64,000 nt of DNA from Paraspadella gotoi (taxonomy: Eukaryota > Animalia > Chaetognatha). A program made the position numbers and the translations under genes. Shown piece after piece: positions 49,536 through 60,729 of the stretch; position 1 is the stretch's first letter; each line of letters opens with the position of its first letter. The notes under the pieces are model-generated. The model searched no databases. It worked only from the letters and a program-made list of their open reading frames with translations, and had not been told where the DNA came from. The stretch is from positions 5,087,174 to 5,151,173 of the forward strand of contig CM119264.1 in NCBI GenBank assembly GCA_051294375.1, in the 5' to 3' direction.

Positions 49536-51872
49536 TCCTAAATTCGCCTCCCATATAGCTTGGTGAAATTCAGCTCGTCCCGGTCCCTTTGGCTTGGACA
49601 CCTAAGTACTCGTTCACCAACCGTGAGTTCCGGGTTCAATCTCCTCACGGTCACGCTGGTTAAAGTGTGATGGTGTTGGCATAGACACGCCAGTGACATC
49701 GGGTATTCACTGCAGGTCCAAAGCCCTGAGCGCCACCTGTCGGGAGATGCCTCACACCCCGGCCATCACGTATTTCCCACCGTTGTTGTTTTTTCTTTGT
49801 TTGAGCGACGTCATGGGTCGGGTAAGGCTGACTGGAACTGCTGGTAGGTAAAAACGAAGTTAATGGTGGCAAAGAGGGAATGTATATATATATTATATAA
49901 TATATATATATCGTAAGCGACTGAGAGAAACGGTGAGAGAGGCTGAACGGGAGAAGACCGGTGAGAGGGAAAGAGAGAAAGAGCGTGAATGAAAACCTAA
50001 ACCCTGGACTCGACCCTGGATCTCCGAGAGGAGGGGGAGTAGGATGAAGAAAAATGACGCATGTTGAATCGGCTCTTTCTAGAAGTAAAGTTAAGTCTTT
50101 CTTGTCTTCTCGTTCGATGAACCCGGAACAATTTAATTATATTATATCTGTAACCATTAACTTTGGGTTCATTAAAGGTCGCCGGAGAGTTTTTCATTAA
50201 GTTAAATTAGATTAAAATTTTCGTTTTACGTCTCGCAGTGATAAAAAAATTAATCATCCTGAAACCCTTTTATGATTTTATTTCACTCAGTCAGTCGAAG
50301 ATGGTGTTTTAGATTGTTTTACTACTGTTAATCCATTTTGCTATGAAAGAAGAAAAAAACATCAGAAGCAAGATTAGGATATTGCCATTAAAGTATATTA
50401 CGATGAAGGAGAGCTAAGGGAAAGGTAAAAATAAAGAATATCCTCAAAAACACCTCTCTTTTCCATTTTACTAACTAAGGAAAGAAATTGGCATCTTTGA
50501 GTGATGGTAAAGCGGCCTAAATTGCTTTTTCCGTTCTCCATTGGATAAATATTTTATTTGGAATTATTATCACGCTTTTTTTCTGTGATATCTATGATCT
50601 ATCTTAAAATCCTGGTAAGCAGGAGTAAACTTTGTTTTATGTTATTTAATTCAATATTTAATTTAATACCTTGGGATGGTGTGTTCCCCCTCTGAGCCAA
50701 TGGTATTGGCTGAACGATGGTGAACGTGAGGCGGTGTGAATATACCGCCACAAAAGGTTTATTGTTATTCGCCGCGAGAAACTTTTTTTTTCAACCTTCA
50801 CCCCTGGAACAAGTTAATCAAAAAACGTGTCAGCGAAGACTTTTTTTTCTGAGAGATGCCCTTTAAAATTAGTTATAGTGACGACAAAGATTACGAGGCC
50901 ACGGGGTCAATGCCCTGTCGTCATTGTGGTCCTTGGGTCCTTTGGGTAGTGCCGCGATTAATTCCTTAACGATATCTCTTTTCGTCCGCACCATGTTTTT
51001 GTTTAAAATAAAATTCTATTTTTGTTTAAAAAATAGTATAAAATTTTCATAATGACTTTATATTTTAAATATTAAAAAAACAAAAACAAGCAACTCTGAA
51101 TTTTAACTCGCGAACTGACTCCTTCATTTTCTTCATTCGACTTAACTTTTATTTTCACGCTTTTTAATTGACTCGATGATTCGCTTTGTCGGTCAGTCAT
51201 TCCGCCCATATTTTTTGGTCGGTAAATCTTTTAGAACATCTCAGCATATATCGCATTCTCAAATATACATTTTGTGTGTGCATTTTGTGTGTGCATAGGA
51301 AAGTGGGGGAATGAGCTAGATGCAAATGGAAATTGGGAAAAACAAACACTATTTGTTATGAATATCTAAAACAACAGCCCTAATAATCGAAAAAAATTAC
51401 TAAAACGACTTCGCCAACCAACGAGATAAAACCTTACAACCTTACTTGTGCACGAATCGTTGGCGCTGTCGCTGATTAGATGAACAACTAATGCTTAAGG
51501 GATGAAGACAATGATGAACAAAACAACAACAAAAACAATTAAGTTCACCGTTATCATTTGACGACCTGAGAAAATGNNNNNNNNNNGCAGGGCTCAGAGG
51601 AGGAACGCAACATCCCAAACGGGCGTTCTACCCGCATGTGGATTCCACTGTCCTTACCGCGCCAGTGACAGTTGGCGTCACTCTCAGAGTTTAGGCCTTC
51701 TTTTCTCACTGGGGAAAAATATTTAAAACTTTTCGGTTTTATTTAATACCCAGGAGCTTGACTTGTTAATTACGAATATAAAAAAATGTTTATCTTTATC
51801 TCTAGCAATTTTTTTCTTTTTTAAAATAAAAATTACATTAAAAATCCTCATTCTTTTAGAATTTGTTATAAA

Positions 51873-51953
51873 TACTATCTAGGAAAAAAGTTAGAAACAT
51901 TTTCGAGTAGATTTTTCAATTAAAAATGTTTCTAACTTTTTTCCTAGATAGTA
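51873..51953. repeat. perfect 31-bp inverted repeat with 19-nt spacer
   Basis: TACTATCTAGGAAAAAAGTTAGAAACATTTT / AAAATGTTTCTAACTTTTTTCCTAGATAGTA. Confidence 0.9.
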
Positions 51954-52003
51954 AGTGATATATAATCGATCATTTTCTTTTTTATGCAGATCTTACGCAA
52001 AAA

Positions 52004-53710
52004 ATGAAAAGACTTGCATTGACCTCCCTTCAGAATCGATTTTTAGTGGAGCACCTTGTCTTACCGGATTTTGAAAAATATTTGCAACGAGATCGATTAG
52101 GATTTCTTAATTTGCTCGTTCAATCGTTTAGAGGTAAGCAAATATTGGCGCTGTTTTCCGAAAGCGCCTCATTTCAGTTCCTAATCCCTAAACTTAATTT
52201 TAACTGAATTCTAAATTTAAGCTGAAATGTGGCGCTATAGAAAAAGATTTCCCAAGTGTTATTATAGCGATTCATTTTGTTTTCATAGTGACGTGGGGAT
52301 CAGATTAAAAATCATGTAAAAAAGATTCAAAATAAAAAAACAGTCTTAGAGAGAACACAACTATTTTTCACGCATAATTTAATGTTAACTGACGAAATAT
52401 TTCAGCAACGGTCAGTTTGCCGGTGACACCCATAGTACGGGATATTTCACCAACTGGCGTTGGGGCTTTTAACTTTCAATGACTGCTTTCTGACACTGAC
52501 ACTAAAACAAAACAAAACAAACTAACAAAACACTGTTTTTCATTTACGTACAATAGATTTGTTCAACGCTGTTCCCTTTGACATTTAAATCTTGTCTTCT
52601 GGGTATTTTTTTTAAAATCGCCACAAAAACTTGCCACAATTTGACTATTTAAAAATGAATGATGAGTTTTAACGTAGATTCACTTTTGAAAATAATAAAT
52701 TATTAAAAATTAATATTGAATTTTTTCCCTTTTTTAATGTCCTATTTCCTACGAAAAAAGTAAAAGTTCCATTCAATTCTCTTCAATATACATCATTGGT
52801 TCAACGAAGTTCCGGAGTCACACCAAGCATTGATTCGGATGCTCTTACAACTGAAATTCTGCGAGGCCATGGGGCGTCGTGTGCTTCAGCCAATGTCTTC
52901 ATGGCTGACCTTCTGCGGCGTTTTGGCTTTGATGCTGGCATTATTGCTGGTTTTCCGGCTTCGGCACCCCGCCTAATCCCATCAGCGCTTCACTTAGCCG
53001 TTGTTGTAAACGAGAAACCTGGAGTTTTTCACTATATTGATGTAGGATCGACACTGCCAATTATTCAAGCAGTTCCAGTTGATATTTTCGCCTCTGAAAT
53101 GGGTTCAACGGCGTCTGGATTTGTCACTAATTTTTGCTTCATAACCAAGAATAGCATGGAGAGTTTTATCTTAAAACAACATCACATGCTTTCTGAAAAA
53201 GATGTGACTATGGCTCAACAATTGTTATCGCGAATTAGTAAAAGATGCCCAATTGAAGGGAAAAAAGAAAATAATTCCTGGATTATCAATTTTGTCGTCA
53301 ATGATGAATGGCTATCTGCCGGGATTCCATTATTTGAAAGAATTCCTCATGGTGTTTGGTTTCCCTATCAGATATTTCCATCAACAAGCCCGTTAACCCC
53401 GGAGAGAGTAAGGTCAATATTTGGGCGATTCCACATTAGCGGTGCTGAAAGTGCACGGCGCCAATGTGTTGTTTCTGGTTTTGGCGATAAATGGGGCGAC
53501 TTCGTGATGTTCACTCGAGATAGGCGGGTTCGACGCGTCAATGGGTCAACGATCCCGATGGTAGAAGAAGCGAAAAATCTTGAAGAGCACAGCTCCGCTT
53601 TCAATGAAGAGTTTCCACGTTTGACGGATCAGTTCAGAGAAAATTTGATTTATTTGTCTAAATTTGAAAATAAATTTTCAGAAAAGCTAGCTGTTGCTAG
53701 ACAAAATTGA
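52004..53710 (+). CDS. arylamine N-acetyltransferase-like protein, exons 52004-52133 and 52761-53710 (~359 aa)
   Basis: GTAAGC donor at 52134. The phase-1 join gives QSFRVKVPFNSL (NAT IPFENL-like). Triad motifs GHGASCASAN (cf. RGGxCxxxN), ALHLAVVV (His) and HYIDVG (Asp). The acceptor at 52760 has a weak pyrimidine tract. Confidence 0.8.
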
Positions 53711-54302
53711 TAATGTGTTATATGTTGCATGGATATATTTATCAAAAAATTTGTAGTACTTCACTGTACATTAGGGTGGAGTGATGAAAAGATTAAGCAA
53801 GTTAACAATATTTTTTGTTGCCTCTGCATATGTTATTAAAGATAATCATCCCTTTCAAAAATTTTTTTAGCATAACAGTAGAGCAAATTGTATTTTCTTT
53901 GTAGTAATATCTTTGTAAACTCATAAAATTTCAAAATCATTTTTCTTTAATTTTAATAACAGAATCGAATTCTTCAGAAAAAAATAAAAAACTTTTGTGA
54001 AATAAGACAAGATAATTTTTGATAACATATTTTATATTTTTGGTCTAACTTTTTATGAGGAATCTGAATCTTTATTAAACAAATATTTATTTTATAAACA
54101 TTGTATTTGATCTTTCTCTTTTGTTGTTTTTGAGTTTAAGAAAAAGGGTCATTCAATTCAACTTCAAAATAGGCCAAAATGGAGTACAAATTCAGAAAGC
54201 TGAGCTCTTGGCGATTCCGAAAATGTATTCACTTTAAACATTTGATTCATTCTACCTATTTTATATCTGTTTTAATTATAATATAAATAAAAGAAACCTA
54301 TC

Positions 54303-54573
54303 TGAAGAGTTGCAGGTCAAACGAAAAGGCCAATCCATCTGATATTTTTTATGAATTTTTTATTACTGAATTAGAAAAAATGTAATAGAGAGACATTTTT
54401 AAATTTCAACTTGTATCCTTGAAAATGAAACGTTTTTAAACTTTAACCCTGAATTCTTTCTAACTGGAACGCGTTTATCAAAATGTCTCTATTACATTTT
54501 TACAAATGTTTTAAGATTGTTAATCAAATTTTTAATTCAATATTATTGCAGTCGTTTAGGCTGCAACTCTTTC
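54303..54573. mobile_element. small foldback/MITE-like element
   Basis: Outer imperfect IR GAAGAGTTGCAGGTCAAACGA / TCGTTTAGGCTGCAACTCTTTC; inner IR AAAAATGTAATAGAGAGACATTTT / AAAATGTCTCTATTACATTTTT. Confidence 0.55.
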
Positions 54574-54974
54574 AAATTCAGTGTAGATTCATTGTAGCTC
54601 GTATTTCTTTACCATCTATTTAACTGAAGATTTTGTTCATGACTGGAAAACCAACAGAGTAACGAGATTAATTGTTTAATTCTCCCCTTCTAAACTAACC
54701 CATACCGTGTTTTAACTCTTACCTAGAATTTTTTAACAACCAGATTGAAAAAACAAATCTTTAAAAATGTGCTTACCCATTTAACTTAACAATTTTGTTA
54801 TTTACCCATTTAAAAAAATGATTAAAAACAGAATGTTTACATATAAATAAAAACTTATTTTTTTGTGATTACTGATGATTTTAATGTATTTCTCGATATA
54901 TTAGCTCTAATACATCAATGATTACGTATTGTTATGCTGAATGACTTTCCTCTTAAGGAATTAACAAAAAATTC

Positions 54975-56630
54975 GTTTTTACAACAATTTATTTTTAGAG
55001 TAAGGACATGTTTCGAATCTTGTTGTTGCGAGACTTCATCAGCAAGTGAATTAACAAATTTCATTTGTCTCAAACATTAGTTTTTGGAGAGAGAGAGTGA
55101 GAGAAAGAGAGAGAGTTTCCAACAAAGAATTGAGTAAGGGATAGTGGTCAGATGTGAGAACAGGTGAAAGTAAGGACAGGGAAGAAGAAAGTAGTTGAAT
55201 TTGAAATTGGTGAAAGGAGAGAGAGAGAGAGAGAGAGGGACTCAAATCAATACATTGGGCGGAACAAGGTAAAGACTAAGAGTTCTGTAATATAGATAAC
55301 GTTAGAGCATCCCTGTGCGATAACGAAATTCAAAACAATTTTAAGATTTTATGTATAGTTAATAACATAGAAGCATTTAAAGTTTATCGTATTACTATAA
55401 ATAATATAACAATTTTTTTCTAATTTATAATTTTTAAAAACGGATTCGGGTAGAGCTTGAAAAATTAATTAAAAAATATTATTACAATATTTCAAAATTT
55501 TTATGATTTATTAGGTAAAATTAGCAAAAACTATAAAAATTATGGTATGATGATGATGATGGTGATTTTTAACGGTTTTTTTGACTTACTTTTCATCAAA
55601 ATATTTAAAAATGCATTATACTTTGTGTAGACAACTTTTTATGGGTTTTCTGAATCCGTTCTTAAAAAATAAAATTATTAAAATTTATTTTTTATTGCCT
55701 ATGTATTAATAAATATTTAAAGGCTTCAATGTTATACTGTGTTTCACTAGTTAAAAAAGTGATAGTAAATATTAATTTAGTATATGATGGACAAATGAAT
55801 TTTATATTACAGAACTCCTCATGATAAAAAGTGATGAATTTTGGCCTGCCTTAATGTACAACAGTGAAAAAATTTAGAAAAACTATACGTGGGCGAGCAG
55901 GCAAATCTCTTTCAGATCGTTCCAGCAACATGTTAAACCCTATCGCGATGCAAGAGGGCACTTCCTTTCGGCAATTGCAGAACATGCAACAAATATGGGC
56001 CATCTTAGAAGAGGTTGACTGTCTCTGCTGTCAATGACTAAACTGGTTTTCAAGAGGTATTAGAAAGGCTATTTACATCAAAGCCTCGAGCCCTCTCAGA
56101 ACCGTGATGGAGGACGATTCAAACTTCCTCCAAGCTATGATTCGCTTATCAAATCTGCGGTGGAGCACCCAACGCCCCTCAGCCACGGTGATTCCCTGTC
56201 CCACTCGGCGGGGGGGTAGCTCATTTTGAGCTTTTTTTTTTACCTTACCTTTTCACTCAACTTTAACTTAGCTATCCCTCATCTCTTACTATTATTATTT
56301 TTTCTTTTTTCATTCTTCATTTTTCATTTTTCTCTCTTTTTTACTACAAAAATAATAAACCTACTCTCAAAAATTCATCAGCTGTTAATTTATTTAATTT
56401 CTTGTTATATAATTAGTTTTTATAAATTCTCTCTCTCTCTCTCCTTTCACCAATTTCAAATTTAAATACTTTGTTGGAAACTCTCTCTCTGACTCTCTCT
56501 CTCTCTCCCTCTCTCTTTCTTTCTCTCTCTTGTTACTGTGTTAAATTTTTACATTTTGAGTATAATAAATCAAATCAAATCTCTCTCTCAAAAAACTAAT
56601 GCTTGAGACAAATGAAATTTGTTAATTCAA
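54975..56630 (+). mobile_element. Penelope-like retroelement remnant: inverted pLTR with hammerhead (55001-55046, minus strand), GIY-YIG endonuclease fragment (55880-56160), 3' pLTR part
   Basis: Frameshifted KLYVGE..GKSLSDR..SAIAEHATNMGH..AIYIK..NRDGGRFKLPPSYDSLI. 55050-55240 is an inverted copy of 56430-56630. Minus strand CTGATGAAGTCTCGCAACAACAAGATTCGAAACATGTC. Confidence 0.8.
55255..55853. mobile_element. near-complete MITE-like family A element nested in the Penelope remnant
   Basis: Imperfect terminal IRs: GAGTTCTGTAATAT near the left end and ATATTACAGAACTC..AATTTTGGCCTGCCTTAA at the right end. Confidence 0.65.
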
Positions 56631-58106
56631 AATGTTGCATTGAAAACCGATTTAGTAGTTGAAGGAAAAAATTTTTTTTTGAGAGTAAAAAGTGTTCAAT
56701 TTTGGCCCGCCTTACTATATAATGTCAAATTTTTTTAACAGATTTTGATAGAGCTTGAAAATTTTTAATGATTTATCTATGAAAATTAACAAAAACTATA
56801 AAATTTAATAAATGATGATAATGATGATTAATTTTTTAAGGTTTTTTAAATTTTAGCTTATTTATTATTAGAATTTTTTAAATTTGTAGTACTACCCCTA
56901 ATCTAACTTTTTAATCTTTTATATCTTAAATTTTTAAGCATTTCTTATATATTATTAAATATTAAAATGCTTCCATAAATGAGGAAAATTAATTTAATCA
57001 ATATCTAACATCATAAATTAATTTGGTTGTAAAAGGACAAAAGACTTTTATTACAGACTTTTTCATATTGTCAAAAATGTTAAATTTTGGCCCGCCTTAA
57101 TAAGGAAAAACAAGAATCCCGAGTACAGTAAAAAAATTCCAAATTTACTTAAATGTATGACTACCCTAATGTTTATTGTTTAACTCAATCTCTAAACCTA
57201 AAACTAACTTAATTCAAGATTTAAGATGCAACGAAAAAAAGGGTTAAACCCTGGCCCCACAAAAACTTTCCGGGGTCTCTCAATTAATCTTTTTTTCGTT
57301 TTGATGGCAGATTTGAATTCCTTGTCCTTTATAAAAAATTATATAATACATATGATCACTTAAAAATTCTTTCTTAAAAATTTCAAATTTCGTCCAAATT
57401 TGAACTTTTTTTAACTATTTAACAATTTTTAATGCTGATTGTAAAGTTATCTGTTATAAAAAAAATTTTTGTGATAAAAAGTCAGTTTGGTAATTTGTTA
57501 TTATAAAAAAAAATTTTCATGTAAAACCTAACTTATTTACTATAGTAACTATTATTTATCAAAAAAGTCGTCGTTTGTAATTTTTTTTACCCTAAGAAAT
57601 TTTTATTTTTAATAGATTTTAAAGGGAAAACGTGATGATGATTATTAAATATTATTCATATTATAAATTTTTTTTTATTCTGTTTCGTGATACATTTACG
57701 AGAGTATCTTATTAATTATAAAAATGAAGCATGAAAAAAAATTCAATTGTTTTAATGGGAACTGAAGGATTGATAGAAAGATCCACATTCAAAGTAAAAA
57801 TTTCAAAGAAAACACTTCTGAAGAAAATGTTTATAACATAGCAACTATCCTAGCTAGAAAGTTATGAATTGGTGGGAAAAAAAGTATTTTTCTATTAGTA
57901 AAAAAAAAATTTTATAACCCGAATGGTCTTCGTTTCGATTATATTACAAGTCTTTTCGTATCAGTCCAGATTGAATTCCCTGTACGTGGGTGTTGTTGTT
58001 AATTTTTTTTTGTAAACTGCTGATGCCGGTACCATTGTGCTGTAATTAATGTGTTATTTTTTAAATATTGTTTAATACCTAGATATTATAGAGCAACTTT
58101 AAAAAA

Positions 58107-59798
58107 ATGGCTACATGGGTGAGAGCTAGTCTGCGAGGTTTTCCCTCTATTGCTTTCAATCCGTCTTTCGTATCAAAACTTACTAGCAGAGGATGTTTAC
58201 AAACCACCAACACTTCTATTAAAGTTTTTAAACGTCATATTTTCTATTCTCATCTTCCAAACGTTGAGATTCCAAATCAAGATTTTTACAACTTCGTAAA
58301 AGCACAGTACATGAAAAATCCCGATGATATTCTGCTTATAGATGGCAAAACTTCAGCGGTTTGGACGGCACAGCAAATAATAAGTTCTGCTGAAAATTTG
58401 AAATATAAACTTCAGCAACAGGGATTCCAAAAGGGAGATAGATTGTGTGTTTTTGCCACTAACTGTCCTGAATATGCAGTTGTTTCTCTTGCCACGCTTG
58501 CTCTTGGTGGAATATTATCTCCGGTAAATACATCCTTCCTGACGAAACAACTTCAAAACCAAGTGGACGCTTGTTCGGCATCTGCAATAGCATGTACTTC
58601 TAATCTTCTAGAAACAACATTAAAAGTATTCCAGACTTCGCAGCAATTGAAACACTTAATTCTAATGGATAATGAAAAGAATGATAGCAACATATTATCG
58701 ATAAAAAAATTAAATGACATGGATACTCATTATGAAAGCTTGATGGACTCGCCAAATGGTTGTACAGAAATGGATGATGTAGCACTTTTACCCTTCAGTA
58801 GTGGAACAATGGGACTTCCAAAAGGTGTCATGCTGACACACAATAATATTGTTGCAAATCAATCTCAAATGTCCCATGAAGAAGTCAGATGTGCAAACCC
58901 AGGTAATGTACAGTACATATATATTTTTATACGTAGTGAATGTTTGATACCCGCTGCTAGAAAAAATATGCCATTTAAGTATGCAAAGAAATTTAAAAAT
59001 TTTACATGTATAAAGTCAAGAATCACGTCCTCATAAAAAAACTTTTTTGGGATCTAACATACCGTTGAATATCATAATTAACTATTATTAGCTAATTAGA
59101 TAATTTATCATGTACAGATACGACATTCTTTGCTCAAACTTTTTTGTATTTTAGGTGACCGAATTCTTGGCCTTCTTCCATTTTACCACTTGTATGGCCT
59201 TCAATCTATCATGTTTCACGCAACCCTTCAACGCGCCCAAGTTGTTACACTTCCTTCATTTAATCCATCATCATTTTTGCAGGCCGTTCAAGATCATCGA
59301 TTAAATGTGCTTCCGTTGTTTCCACCGCTAGTAATCTTTATGGCAAAACACCCCGTTGTTGATGCATACAATATTTCTTCAGTAGAGATGATATTATCTG
59401 GGGCATCTACACTTGCAGATCAGACAGAAAAGGCATTAAAGAATCGATGCGGCATTAAAAATGTAAGACAAGGCTACGGTCTTACAGAAACATCCCCTTT
59501 GGTGACTTCTCAACCGTATTCTATTGAACTGCAGCATCCAGGATCATCAGGAATCATAATTCCTAACACAGAGCTTCGAATCATAGATCTGAAAACAGGA
59601 TGTGACTTGGATGTAGGACAATATGGAGAAATTTGGTGTAGGGGACCACAAGTAATGAAGGGTTATTTGGATAATGATGAAATCACTGCTCAATGTCTTG
59701 ATAAGGAGGGTTGGTTTCGTACTGGAGACATTGCTTGCTTTGGCCCTGAAAAGCATGTGCACATTACTGGAAGAATTAAAGAGCTCATAAAATACCGG
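58107..59798 (+). CDS. luciferase-like / 4-coumarate-CoA ligase-like acyl-CoA synthetase (ANL superfamily), exons 58107-58902 and 59155-59798; remaining 3' exon(s) not found in the window
   Basis: P-loop LPFSSGTMGLPKGVMLTH, LLPFYHLYG, RQGYGLTE, GEIWCRGPQVMKGY, GWFRTGD, ITGRIKELIKYR. Phase-1 intron 58903-59154 (GTAATG..TTTTAG) joins NPG-DRIL; GTAAGT donor at 59799. Confidence 0.93.
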
Positions 59799-60308
59799 GT
59801 AAGTCTATGAAAATGTAAAAAAATAAATCGGTTAAATAGTCCAAAATACCAGTTTTTGTCAAAATTTCATCTTCTCAAAATTATTAAAAATGTATAATAA
59901 TTTTAAAACAATTTATAGAAATATTTAATTATATTTATGTATTGATGCTTATTGAAAGCATAGTAAAAATATTGAAAGTAATTAGAATGGAAATTCGAAT
60001 AGTTGGTCATAAACTTGTAAAAATATTTTTAAACAAATTTTTTTTCCATTTTAGTCGGGCATTGCAACGAGCTCTTTTTTCCTAGAGTTCCCCATTTCTG
60101 TTCGTTTATCCTAGAATTTAATTTTAACTTAAATATGTTTTTTTAACTTATAAACCGATCCCTACCCCTAATTCCTAACCTAATCATGAACATTATATCA
60201 AATTCTTGATATGAAATAAACTACTATATAAACCAGTATCCCTAATTTTTAACCCTAACCTCTTAAGAAAAAGTTTAAAATAGTTCAACAACGATTTTAT
60301 TTTGAGAT

Positions 60309-60338
60309 AGTGGACATGTTTCGACTTTGATTCTAGTC
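60309..60338 (-). ncRNA. 5'-truncated hammerhead/pLTR fragment
   Basis: Minus strand GACT-agaatcaa-AGTC-GAAACATGTC-CACT..AATAAAATCGTTG; CTGATGA is missing. Confidence 0.4.
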
Positions 60339-60729
60339 AACCTCTTATCCTAAACCTAAATTTCTAACCCTAACACAAACTAAGTCACTAACCTTAATCA
60401 TTAACCTAATCCCTAACCTAATCTTTAACTCGTACCTTTAACATAATCTTTATTCTTTAACTAAAAAAACTAATTCCAAATTTAAGATAAAATGTAGTAT
60501 TTTGGGAAAATAAGTTCTATAAGTTACTCCCCTTCTTCTTCAGCCCATTCAGCGCCTTATACAAATATTTTTCAATTCCCAATTTAGCCCATATTCATGC
60601 AAACATCTTTTACAAAAGTGGCCCAACTTAGCTTAAATTCAAAATTAAAGTTTTTAACTTCAAAGATTACGGTAGGGGTGAGAGAAAAAGAATCTGTAAT
60701 ATGAATATTAAATAACGTATTAATAAATC

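Noticed and set aside
58107-59798. Evidence of bioluminescence
   Set aside because: Luciferase-like acyl-CoA synthetases are widespread in non-luminous animals; the motifs do not show luciferase activity.
60160-60440. Telomeric repeats or telomere addition site
   Set aside because: Only scattered degenerate CCTAA/AACCCTAA words, no tandem array.
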